DNA of 64,000 bases from an uncultured Flavobacteriales bacterium (GTDB taxonomy: Bacteria; Bacteroidota; Bacteroidia; Flavobacteriales_D; Crocinitomicaceae): positions 24,820-88,819 of the forward strand of contig CAWUXE010000001.1 in assembly GCA_963926475.1 (NCBI GenBank), in the 5' to 3' direction. A program made the translations under genes and the position numbers. Positions 18,627-28,275 of this stretch are shown one piece after another. Every line of letters begins with the position of its first letter. The stretch's first letter is position 1. Below the pieces are notes generated by a model. The model was given only the letters and a program-made list of their open reading frames with translations. It was not told the origin of the DNA and did no database searches.

Positions 18627-21600
18627 TTATATTCCTTGTAAGTCGACTTGTCTAATTCCACCGAAGAACTTCAAGACCGTTTCACCGATTCCTGGTACAT
18701 CAACATGAATTAGATAAATCCCGCTTGCAATTGGTATACCTATGTTATTGTTCAAATCCCAATCGAGGCTCGTTACCGGGCTATCTTTCTTGAATGACTT
18801 AACTAATTTACCATTGGTTGAATAAATATTAACATTACAAACATCAGGTAAATTCGTGATCTTCACTCTCGTATCCAAACGACCTGTTTCATATTCAGAG
18901 AATGCATAGTAAGGATTCGGAACAACGTTGATCATTTTAAGAACATCTGTAAGTTCTTCATCACGACCTGTTTTCGTTGACAATTCACCCATATCCCAAG
19001 AATACATTGGTTTACCATCATTCTTGTTAGATGCTACAAATGATTTGTATTCTTTGTTTACTCGAATTCGAATTCGAACGGGTGTTTCAATTTTAAACGC
19101 AGCTCTATCTGCAGCCATTAATGGGTAACCAATCCAACTCAAACTTGAGTAGAACTGTGTTTTTGCAGTACCACTTCCTGATTCTACTGATTCCATTAGG
19201 GCAACAACGTCATTGATGTCATTTGTAGCTCCGCTATACGCACTCATATCAAAACCTCCACTCAACAAATTGTTGATTGTATTTTGTTTGTGACTGAATA
19301 CATAAATTGGTTGCATACCTCCAATTTTAGGATTTCCTACTTGGTCGAATCTTCTTGGGCTTGGATTCCAAATCATATCCGTTCCACCATCACTACCTAG
19401 GAAAGAATTTTCTCCAAAGGCCATGTGCAAACGAGCACCAGTTTCTAGATCGATAGCATATCCGGGGAACCAACTTTGTCCTGTACTTCCCGCTATAATA
19501 TTACCATTGATGTCTTTACTAGCACTTTTACGCATTGCACCTGGTTTAGCGTCATTAACATTCAATGATGCATCACGACCTAATTCAAGAACGATACATT
19601 TGGTCCATTTCTCTTTATCATTGGTAATAACAATATCAATACTTGGAGAAAATGCAAGACCCGCATTTATTCTACCACCACCATTATATGATTCCGGACC
19701 TCCAGGATAAACTGGAGTAGGTCTATAGTAAGCGAGCGGCATAAAGTCACACTGATACCCAACCAATCGGTGCGGAGCCATTAGACCCTCAGCAATCCTT
19801 GTCCATCTTCTGTCTGGATCTTTACCCACTTCATCTTTGTAACAAGCAAGGCTGTTATACGTAGGAACATTAGGAGTTGGAAATTCAGATTCATCCACAA
19901 TTCCAGATCGAATCCAATTGCGTGGAGAAAAATCATCCGCATCAGACACATAGGTCAACCACCTTTTAGACGAATCTTTAAATAGTATTTCACTCTCTAG
20001 TATGGTTGTTGTTTCTGCCGTATTATTTCCTGTTTCATCCTTCTCTTTAAAATAAGGAGTTTGCGAAATTTGCACTGACACACCCCATTGTGGTATTAAT
20101 TGTTCGTTATCAATACTAATTGCCTTTTCGGATGAAATTGTCTCTAAAAGGTTTCCCCCTTTTGTATCATATCTATTGATCACCCATGAAGCCGTATCTG
20201 CTGCATTTGAATTTGACGGACTAGGAACAAAATCTGTGAATTTGATTTCAAAATAACCATCAACCAAATTTAATGGATCAACTACCTTGATATTAATTGG
20301 ACCTTTATTTTGCTGGTACTCAGGCTCAGCCATAAATCCTTGGTCCAAAATTCTGGATTCAGTAGAAGAAGTAAATTCTAAAACTCTACCGCCATTTCCA
20401 TGACCATCCAATCTTGTGATTTTTGGCGTCATACCGTAATCAGCTAATTGAGATGTTCCACCTAATTCTGGTCTCGGGTTGTGAGGCACTGCAGCAACGG
20501 CCTTAATACCTGTTTTATCAAAACTCAAACGAGAAGCGATATATGGTAATTTTTGACCATCCAATTTCGCTGGATCATTCGGATCATATTCTTTGAACAG
20601 ATTGTGTGCATAAGCAATCGCAATATAATAATACGTTTTGTGATTCACCAAAGCTTTATCTCCAATAGCAAATTGGTCTTCTTTCACCACAAAACTATGT
20701 TTGATACCTGTATTTGAACCATTCACTTTTTCAACTGGTGTAGCAAAACCAAGAGCTTCATCATATTCGAAATTTACTAAACGATCAATTGGTAATCCAG
20801 TTAAATCATTTCCAGCTGCATCTTTTTCAAAGTTCTTGATATCACACTGCGCTACCAAACGAGCTTTCGTTTCATCAGCGATATCAGATACACCTGCAGA
20901 AGAATTCAACATTTGGAATATTTGATATCCCTCAAATCTGTAGAATCTATCAACACCATCTATAACGATGTTCACTTTGTCTTCTTGTATATATTCTTCT
21001 TCGTAATTGTTCGATCCCAAAGGATTATCTAGCGTAAGAATAATTTCATTTTCCAATTCTTGAATTTTTAATCTCGGCGCGTCTGGCGGGCTAAGAATTT
21101 GGAAACATGCATCAAACAATGCTTGCGCTTTTGTATCAGCAGCTTTCATAGCGGTAATTGAACTAGCAACCCCGGCATTTCCTCTACCGTATACAATTCC
21201 AACCGTAATATTGTTTACTGCCCCTGGCTTCAAGGTAAATGGTCCAGCTGCTTGAACAAAACGACGGTCACCTGGTCCGTTTACAGCTGAATTTTCAACC
21301 CAACTTGCTCCACCTGGATCAATTCCACCTGTTCCCCAATTTAATGGATCTGAATCTCCTGGGAAAACGTAATCTGTTTCTGTTGTTGTCGTTCCAGTAG
21401 CAAAACCGTCACCTCCATAGAAAATCTCATTTCCATTTGCCCATTTACCCTCCATATAATTGTAGTACTGAGGAGCACTTGATGGATCTGAAACTGCAGC
21501 AGCCGCTCCATTTGTAAAATAGGTAAATCGACGCATTCCGAAACGTTCGTTATCGATCAATCCATCTGAGTAACCTGTACCAATTCCTCGGTAAACAATA

Positions 21601-22880
21601 CCATTACTATCTATGGCATTTAAAATTGGAGGAGCAATATAAAATCCTGTATTCGAATCCAAAACTGGACCTGGATTATCAAATCCGTCCGCATCCAAGT
21701 ATGGTCCTTCAAAAAAGTCAACTCCAATAGCAGGAGGATTTGCTCCATATCCAGTTGCTCCACCGGATGTTGCATCCACTTCCAATCCATTATAACAGAA
21801 ACCTAGTCCTCTAGAGACATCACAACCAACATAATCATCAGAATAGTTTCCTAAATCTGGATCTAGCCATTTGGCAAAGTAAGTATCAAACAAAGTTTGT
21901 GTTCCCCTATTGATCAACTCGTAGTTATAGAATGTCATACGGTTAACTTCATCATTCGTAGCAAAACTAAACGCCTGTGCACGAATTTCCATACCGATTG
22001 GATCACCACCTGTTTCCGTGTGAATGTTTCCTTTATCATTGAATACCCACCAGTGTGTTTCATCACCAAAAAGAGTTACTCTTCTATCGATTCCGCATTT
22101 AACATCGTCATTTCCTAAAATATCATCATACCAAGGATAATCTCCTTGCGCCATTGGGTCATATGCTCCATCAGCTCCAGCGATTGGACTTTCATTATCA
22201 TAAAAAGGTGCTAAATAAAAATCTTGTCCTAAGCCTACGTCACCGTGAGCTGGCCAGTTCATAATTCTATTTAATACCTCGTTTGATGGTGAAGGAACTG
22301 GCTCCGTTGTAATTCCATTTGTGAAATCCCACCAGTTTTTAAAGTTGATCACCTCACCTTTACGTATGGTGAAAAATTTATCATATGCCACACATTGATC
22401 TGGTTGAATATCAGCAGGACCGAAATCTCTGACTGTATTATCACCTGAAGGTTGAGCTGGATCGTAATTTCCAGTTCCTGCATTCACTGTCAAAGGACCT
22501 GACCAAAAATCATTTCCTAATTGACGGAATCGAACAGCGGCCAGCTTCAATTGTCCATTGGCATCAACTCCACCCATCCATAATGAACCGGCAAAAATCG
22601 CTTTCAATCCACTTCCTTTTGGAATTTCATAACCAGCAACCCCACCACTTGCAGGATTTTGGAATAAACGTCCACCTTGCTGCAAGAATGCGCTTACATC
22701 ATTGAAACTCATCATTAAAGACTGAGAGGACGGCACACAATTCGCAGCTTTATTAGCGATTGAAGACGGCGACGTCTTTTTACCTGAGGTTTTGTCTCTT
22801 ACATCTTCTATTGCAAAACTCGCATTGCTGGCTAAAAAAGCCAATGCAATTAGCAAAGATTTAATTGAAACATTTTTCAT
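18627..22880 (-). CDS. Very large (1417 aa) secreted protein of unknown function with T9SS/FlgD-Ig-like C-terminal domain
   Basis: Signal peptide MKNVSIKSLLIALAFLASNASFA. C-terminus VVPNPYYAF...VNIYSTNGKLVKSF...ASGIYLIHVDV resembles a type-A CTD. No recognisable catalytic motif. Confidence 0.7.
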   Translation of the reverse strand: MKNVSIKSLLIALAFLASNASFAIEDVRDKTSGKKTSPSSIANKAANCVPSSQSLMMSFNDVSAFLQQGGRLFQNPASGGVAGYEIPKGSGLKAIFAGSLWMGGVDANGQLKLAAVRFRQLGNDFWSGPLTVNAGTGNYDPAQPSGDNTVRDFGPADIQPDQCVAYDKFFTIRKGEVINFKNWWDFTNGITTEPVPSPSNEVLNRIMNWPAHGDVGLGQDFYLAPFYDNESPIAGADGAYDPMAQGDYPWYDDILGNDDVKCGIDRRVTLFGDETHWWVFNDKGNIHTETGGDPIGMEIRAQAFSFATNDEVNRMTFYNYELINRGTQTLFDTYFAKWLDPDLGNYSDDYVGCDVSRGLGFCYNGLEVDATSGGATGYGANPPAIGVDFFEGPYLDADGFDNPGPVLDSNTGFYIAPPILNAIDSNGIVYRGIGTGYSDGLIDNERFGMRRFTYFTNGAAAAVSDPSSAPQYYNYMEGKWANGNEIFYGGDGFATGTTTTETDYVFPGDSDPLNWGTGGIDPGGASWVENSAVNGPGDRRFVQAAGPFTLKPGAVNNITVGIVYGRGNAGVASSITAMKAADTKAQALFDACFQILSPPDAPRLKIQELENEIILTLDNPLGSNNYEEEYIQEDKVNIVIDGVDRFYRFEGYQIFQMLNSSAGVSDIADETKARLVAQCDIKNFEKDAAGNDLTGLPIDRLVNFEYDEALGFATPVEKVNGSNTGIKHSFVVKEDQFAIGDKALVNHKTYYYIAIAYAHNLFKEYDPNDPAKLDGQKLPYIASRLSFDKTGIKAVAAVPHNPRPELGGTSQLADYGMTPKITRLDGHGNGGRVLEFTSSTESRILDQGFMAEPEYQQNKGPINIKVVDPLNLVDGYFEIKFTDFVPSPSNSNAADTASWVINRYDTKGGNLLETISSEKAISIDNEQLIPQWGVSVQISQTPYFKEKDETGNNTAETTTILESEILFKDSSKRWLTYVSDADDFSPRNWIRSGIVDESEFPTPNVPTYNSLACYKDEVGKDPDRRWTRIAEGLMAPHRLVGYQCDFMPLAYYRPTPVYPGGPESYNGGGRINAGLAFSPSIDIVITNDKEKWTKCIVLELGRDASLNVNDAKPGAMRKSASKDINGNIIAGSTGQSWFPGYAIDLETGARLHMAFGENSFLGSDGGTDMIWNPSPRRFDQVGNPKIGGMQPIYVFSHKQNTINNLLSGGFDMSAYSGATNDINDVVALMESVESGSGTAKTQFYSSLSWIGYPLMAADRAAFKIETPVRIRIRVNKEYKSFVASNKNDGKPMYSWDMGELSTKTGRDEELTDVLKMINVVPNPYYAFSEYETGRLDTRVKITNLPDVCNVNIYSTNGKLVKSFKKDSPVTSLDWDLNNNIGIPIASGIYLIHVDVPGIGETVLKFFGGIRQVDLQGI

Positions 22881-22900
22881 ATTCTTTATTCTTAAATTAA

Positions 22901-25900
22901 TTAAAAGTCAAATTTCACACCTAATCTTATTGTTCTCGGAACAGAAATGTTACCTGCATTCTGAACTTTTATCGTGTAGTAGTCTCTAAACGATTGTTCA
23001 TCTGTTTGATTCTGAATAGAAGCTTGACTAGCCGCAGCCGCAAGATATCCATCATCATCCCAGTTTCCAGTTGCACGGTAAACACTCAAACGGTTGAACT
23101 GATTCAACAAGTTTGTTGCTCTTACATATACATTCAAGAAAACAGCTTTTTTCTTTCCTTCTTCTTTACCCATCTTCAAATTGAAGGTTCTATCCAACTG
23201 CATATCCAATCTATACGACCATGGCAAACGAGATCCGTTTGTCGTTCCATCCAATCCTGAATATTGAGGTGAGAACTGAACAGCGTTCGTAATAAACGTT
23301 TGTGCCGAATAAGGAGCTCCAGAATAAATATTTGAGAAAATATTCAATCCTGTATTTTCGAATAAATTGAATCCTTTAACGATTGGACCGTTGTAATCTT
23401 TTCCTTCACCATATCGATAATCAACCGTTACCGCAAAAGCATGCCGTTGGTCAAAGCTGTATGGGAAAATCGCTCTTAAGTTAGGAACACCGGCATTAAT
23501 TAATCCTGTTGCAGAAGTTGCATTTGAACCTGTACCATCTGCAAATTGCAATGTGTAGTTGGCAGTGATACGAACATTACCTGTTCTTCTTAAGTCATAA
23601 GCTATCGTCATTCCTTTTACTGTTCCAAAATCACGGTTACCGAATGAACGATAAGTAACAGGGTAGGCACCATTATAGCTTAAGATTTGCACGTTATCTC
23701 TTTGTTCACGATAAAAGGCAGATATTTTCAAAGAAGACGTTTTCGACAATACTTGTTGGAATCCAATCTCGTAATCGATCGTTTTCTCAGGTCTCAAGTT
23801 CGGGTTATCTAAAATTGTATTACGTGTCTCTAAGAATTGGTAATCGTAAGGATTAAAACGTGCATTTGACGTAGGACGTTTCGTCAAGATATCATAGTGA
23901 GCAAAGAAAGATGATTCGTCAGACACAGGGAAAGAGAATGCGATTCTTGGCATTACGTTGAATTGCGGTTTGTAGTCACTAAATGCGCTCGCTTTTGGTG
24001 TTTGTTGATTTGCATCAATTAACCATGGAGCAATTCCATTTGCTGCTTCGATAGTGGCAGGGCCATTAACCTCGGTACCATTTGCATCGTAAAACTGTTG
24101 TCCATTTCTAAAACCATTAATTGCAGTTGGATTAGCAACGTCATTTACATATACAGTATAATCATCACCCATAGAACCAGGAATGTTTACCCACCCATAA
24201 GTGCTTGGATTCGATGATGCAAGTTGTTTTGCTTGTTGAACATTATTAGCTTCATACAATAAATAAGGATCTTTCAAAACAGGCTGATTGGCATCGAATC
24301 TATCTACACGTACACCAACATTAAATACTAAATCTTTGAAAGCAAATTTATCCATCACATATCCTGATATATAAATAGGCTGGAAAGCACCTACAAATCT
24401 TTCGTAATTTCCGTTATCATCAAATTTATTAAAGTAGTCGTTTATGTTTGTTCTTCCACTGACTTTGTTTCCAATATGGTCGTATCCATAATAAGATATA
24501 AATGAATTTCCTGAATTCAACAATTCATCAGGTGAGAACATGTCCAATTGGAAAATCTCCGGATTGTATTGATCAATATCGACAAAGTCATTTCCAGCTG
24601 GATTCAATCCTAATTTTTGACGTAAGCTATAATCAAAGAAAGCTTGATTATCTAGAATTGCGTTTCCATTAAAGTCCTGCAATCCACCTTGACCTCCGTA
24701 ACTTCCAGAACCAGATGTGCTAGCATAACCTGTATTCAATCTGTCATATGTAATTGACTTGAATGATCCTGAATCACGAACAACACCACTATTCAAATCT
24801 AACTCACGAATATGGAAGTTTGCCAATTGACGAGCAACTTGCCAGATACCAATCGGTCCTGCATCACCACTGCCCCATCCTCGGTCCCAACGTTGTTCGA
24901 ACTCAAACCCTAATGATAATGAGTGATCGCCAATGTTTGCAGAGCCAGAACCAGTAACACGGAATTGATCATTTTCTGATTTTCCAAATGCGTTATATGG
25001 CGTACCAATATTGTTCCAAATACTGTACACACTTCCTGGAGCGTCACCATTTCTCAAAGCATTACCAGCGGCGATTTGTGTCAAATTTGAATAATTTCCT
25101 TCTGGATTGTCCGCGTATATATCGTAGTACTGCGAAGTAATTGCCGCAAGAGAAGAGTTTAAAACTGACGGGGTAAAATCTACTACCACATCTCTAAATC
25201 CATCATGATCATATCTCTGCAATGAATCGTTGAATGAATAAGAAGGTCGTCTTGTAGTAGTAAATGTTCCTACGTGACCATAATTAAAGATATTGTATTC
25301 GTGATTTGAATCGAAAAAATTCTGTTTTGATTTGGAATAATCAACCATCAAGGAATAGAATGCACTTTTAATTTTTGAAGCATTACCTTCTTCACCACTG
25401 TTGGAGAAACGTTGTGTCAATCGACCAAAGACTCTCCAGTCTAAACTTCTAACGTCTCCGTAATTTTCAAAATTCATTAATGAACCTGCATAACTTGTTG
25501 CTTTAGAATTGTTCAAGTTTAATGAACCTCCAAAAGTTAAATTGACACTTGGTCCAGTATTTACATCAATTTTTCCTTGAGCAGACAAAACACCATTTGC
25601 AGCGTTCATTCTTGTTTTTGTTTGTTCGAAATCACTGTTTCTTAAAAACAATGCATTGTGAAATGTTCCTTGTCCAGAAGCCGTAGGACGAATTGGGTTC
25701 GCCAATAAATCTTCACGCGCTTCTTTCGTAATTCTCCACTGTCCTCCATTTGCATATGGACGCGGATCTTGTTGTCTTGTATAATTGGCAGAAATCAAAA
25801 ATCCTAAACGCGGTTTTGTTTTCTTTCCAGTTGAATCTTTTTGCATCCAAAGTGGACCGGACAACATTCCTTCCACCAGATTGTAAGCATATGAATCAAG

Positions 25901-26692
25901 ACCATACGCCTTACCATCATATCCAACTGAATCTTTTCCTTTCAAGTAAATTCCAGAAGATACGGCTTCAATACTTCCGAAGTACACTGAACTCGGTCCT
26001 CTTGTCGTTACCGAAATAATACCTCCAGTTGCATCACCATAATTTGCAGGTAAACCACCTGTAATTACTGTTACCTCCTCAATTGCTGACTTGGGAAGAT
26101 TTGACGAACCTCGCACTTTAATACCGTCTATATAATAGAATGTACCATCTTCACGAGAACCACGAACACTAATTCCTCCGCCTTCTTGTGAATTTACACC
26201 TCCTACTGTTGACGCAACTCCAGCTGCTGAACGAACCGGCAACCTAGCGATATCTTCACGAGTAACCGTTGCTCCCGAAGCTCCACCATCTTTATCAATC
26301 AATGGAACGCGATAAGCGATTACTTGAACTTCAGCTAAATCAACTACATCTTTTGCTTTTGATAAGGCGATATTATCTAAGAATGTGATTTTTTCAGATG
26401 AAATAATAACTCCCGTTTGAGAAATTGATTTAAATCCTTCTGTTTCATTCTTAATTAATACGTCGTATGAACCAGCCGCAACTGAATTAATTTGAAATTT
26501 TCCATCAAAATCTGTGTTTGCCCCTGCTTTTACACTACCATTTAAGGTAAGGAGGACTTTACAAAATGGAATCGGTTCCTTCGTATCGGCATCGATGACT
26601 GAACCCTTCAGCGACCCTAGCCCGACCTGCGCGTATGCAGAAGTCACTGTAACTAAGAAGCTTACAAGAAGTATGGTAATATTCCGTAACAT
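22901..26692 (-). CDS. Oversized (1263 aa) TonB-dependent-receptor-like outer-membrane barrel with CarboxypepD_reg-like and plug domains
   Basis: Signal peptide. N-terminal GSVIDADTKEPIPFCKV...DGKFQI. Plug-like ISVRGSREDGTFYYIDGIKV...LPANYGDATGGIISVTT. Terminal ...RLGVKFDF. Confidence 0.8.
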   Translation of the reverse strand: MLRNITILLVSFLVTVTSAYAQVGLGSLKGSVIDADTKEPIPFCKVLLTLNGSVKAGANTDFDGKFQINSVAAGSYDVLIKNETEGFKSISQTGVIISSEKITFLDNIALSKAKDVVDLAEVQVIAYRVPLIDKDGGASGATVTREDIARLPVRSAAGVASTVGGVNSQEGGGISVRGSREDGTFYYIDGIKVRGSSNLPKSAIEEVTVITGGLPANYGDATGGIISVTTRGPSSVYFGSIEAVSSGIYLKGKDSVGYDGKAYGLDSYAYNLVEGMLSGPLWMQKDSTGKKTKPRLGFLISANYTRQQDPRPYANGGQWRITKEAREDLLANPIRPTASGQGTFHNALFLRNSDFEQTKTRMNAANGVLSAQGKIDVNTGPSVNLTFGGSLNLNNSKATSYAGSLMNFENYGDVRSLDWRVFGRLTQRFSNSGEEGNASKIKSAFYSLMVDYSKSKQNFFDSNHEYNIFNYGHVGTFTTTRRPSYSFNDSLQRYDHDGFRDVVVDFTPSVLNSSLAAITSQYYDIYADNPEGNYSNLTQIAAGNALRNGDAPGSVYSIWNNIGTPYNAFGKSENDQFRVTGSGSANIGDHSLSLGFEFEQRWDRGWGSGDAGPIGIWQVARQLANFHIRELDLNSGVVRDSGSFKSITYDRLNTGYASTSGSGSYGGQGGLQDFNGNAILDNQAFFDYSLRQKLGLNPAGNDFVDIDQYNPEIFQLDMFSPDELLNSGNSFISYYGYDHIGNKVSGRTNINDYFNKFDDNGNYERFVGAFQPIYISGYVMDKFAFKDLVFNVGVRVDRFDANQPVLKDPYLLYEANNVQQAKQLASSNPSTYGWVNIPGSMGDDYTVYVNDVANPTAINGFRNGQQFYDANGTEVNGPATIEAANGIAPWLIDANQQTPKASAFSDYKPQFNVMPRIAFSFPVSDESSFFAHYDILTKRPTSNARFNPYDYQFLETRNTILDNPNLRPEKTIDYEIGFQQVLSKTSSLKISAFYREQRDNVQILSYNGAYPVTYRSFGNRDFGTVKGMTIAYDLRRTGNVRITANYTLQFADGTGSNATSATGLINAGVPNLRAIFPYSFDQRHAFAVTVDYRYGEGKDYNGPIVKGFNLFENTGLNIFSNIYSGAPYSAQTFITNAVQFSPQYSGLDGTTNGSRLPWSYRLDMQLDRTFNLKMGKEEGKKKAVFLNVYVRATNLLNQFNRLSVYRATGNWDDDGYLAAAASQASIQNQTDEQSFRDYYTIKVQNAGNISVPRTIRLGVKFDF

Positions 26693-26926
26693 ATATACTT
26701 ATTATTAGTTTTAACTTTTTTTGTACAAGAAGTCGTAAATATAGATAAATTATGGTTTTCTAATGGGTCCCAAATTAATATTTAATATGATTTCTTCACA
26801 TTATTTTAACAAAAATAGAAATCCAAAGGCAGAATCAACCTATGATTAATTTCAATTTTGATCACATTTATACAAGTCTACTTCGATTTCAATGCTCATT
26901 TAATTCCTTACTTTTGTTCCAGACAT

Positions 26927-27553
26927 ATGGTATTATCTAATATACACTCCATTAAGATCAATTCTGAGACAGAAGTCTTTCTACTTTCATATGATTCATT
27001 TATTATTGAGGACTACTTGGACTCCTTAACCGAAAAAGAAATTTTAAAATTAAATTCAATTGGCCATAAAACTAGGAAAGAAGAATTTGTAGCGACCCGA
27101 ATCTTAAGAACTGAAATTGTTGGCAAAAAGGAAATACAATACTCTGGAATTGGAGCACCCTATTTTAATGATCGCCAATTCATTTCTATATCGCATACCA
27201 CAGAGATAGTTGGATTAGCTATTTCTACTTATAAGGTTGGATTCGACTTAGAACCTATTCGAGATAAAGCCAAAAGATTGAAAGGGAAATTCTTGCACGA
27301 TGATGAAATCATTGCACTTCAAATCGAAAGTGACCTTGAAATGACTACTGCTTGGTCGATGAAAGAAAGTTTGTACAAATTGGCAGGCAGAAAAAAGATA
27401 ATTTTTAAAGATGAACTTCGACTGGTTAAAAATGAAAAGGATTGGTCTGGGATTATTTATAATGAAAAGGAATCTATCCACACCAAAATGAAAACCTTTC
27501 ATTCGGGAAACAATGTGTTGACCATAAATTCGGAACCCATTGAAATTAAATAG
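26927..27553 (+). CDS. 4'-phosphopantetheinyl transferase (Sfp-type)
   Basis: KEEFVATRILR, ISISHT, VGFDLEPI and W.MKESLYKL motifs. ATG at 26927 preferred over the listed upstream start. Confidence 0.7.
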   Translation: MVLSNIHSIKINSETEVFLLSYDSFIIEDYLDSLTEKEILKLNSIGHKTRKEEFVATRILRTEIVGKKEIQYSGIGAPYFNDRQFISISHTTEIVGLAISTYKVGFDLEPIRDKAKRLKGKFLHDDEIIALQIESDLEMTTAWSMKESLYKLAGRKKIIFKDELRLVKNEKDWSGIIYNEKESIHTKMKTFHSGNNVLTINSEPIEIK

Positions 27554-28275
27554 TGCTATAAAGAGGGGGGTACTTTCTGAAAAAGGTCAAATAGCGTTTT
27601 TAATCGATCCTGATAAATTTGATTTCGATTCGGCTCAAGATTTTATTCAAAAGATAATATTTTCAAAAATTGATTATTTATTTATTGGAGGCAGTACAGT
27701 AAAAAGGGAAGATTTGGAACGTGTCGTTGAAATTTTCAGCGGAAGAATATCTATTCCAATTGTTTTATTCCCTGGTGATGTCTATCAGATTTCAGAAAAA
27801 GCGGACGCCCTACTCTATCTTAGCGTGCTATCGGGAAGAAATCCTGATTATTTGATTGGGCAACATACCCGAACAGCAAAAGAAATTTCGGAAATGGACA
27901 TTGAGATTATCCCAACAGCATATTTACTCATCGATGGTGGTAATTCGAGTGCTGTGGCTTATGTTAGGCAGACTGCGCCTATGCCATCAAATCAATTTAA
28001 TTGAAAGCACCGTTCTAGCTGGAATTCTCCAGGGTAAAAGCTTGATATATTTGGATGCTGACAGTGGCGCGAAGGACATAGTTTCGGTTGAAATTTTTTC
28101 GAAATGCGCGCAGCACGAGATGCCTATTATTGTTGGGTGAGGAATTCGATCCACAGAAGAGATAAACGAAGCTAAAAATGCTGGTGCTAACGTGATTGTT
28201 ATTGGTAATTATACCGAAGATAATGTGGATTTTCTTTTGGATATCGCCCAGTTTTGGACCTCTCAGTTACATTAA
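27540..28275 (+). pseudogene. PcrB / geranylgeranylglyceryl-phosphate synthase family gene, disrupted (one +1 frameshift near 27985-28003 and in-frame TGA at 28138-28140)
   Basis: Three consecutive fragments give FLIDPDKF...IDYLFIGGS / KSLIYLDADSGAKD...PIIVG / GIRSTEEINEAKNAGANVIVIGN. The TGA sits where the conserved GGGIR motif needs a Gly (GGA). Confidence 0.7.

Noticed and set aside
28138-28140. TGA at a conserved glycine position (and TGA at 7829-7831) as evidence for TGA-to-Gly recoding (genetic code 25) or selenocysteine
   Set aside because: ORFs of 1417, 1263 and 790 codons, and all housekeeping genes, contain no internal TGA. Genes such as thiD (34736-34738) and rlmH (38827-38829) terminate with TGA at the expected length. 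The same gene also carries a frameshift. No SECIS-like context is evident. A nonsense mutation is the simpler explanation.
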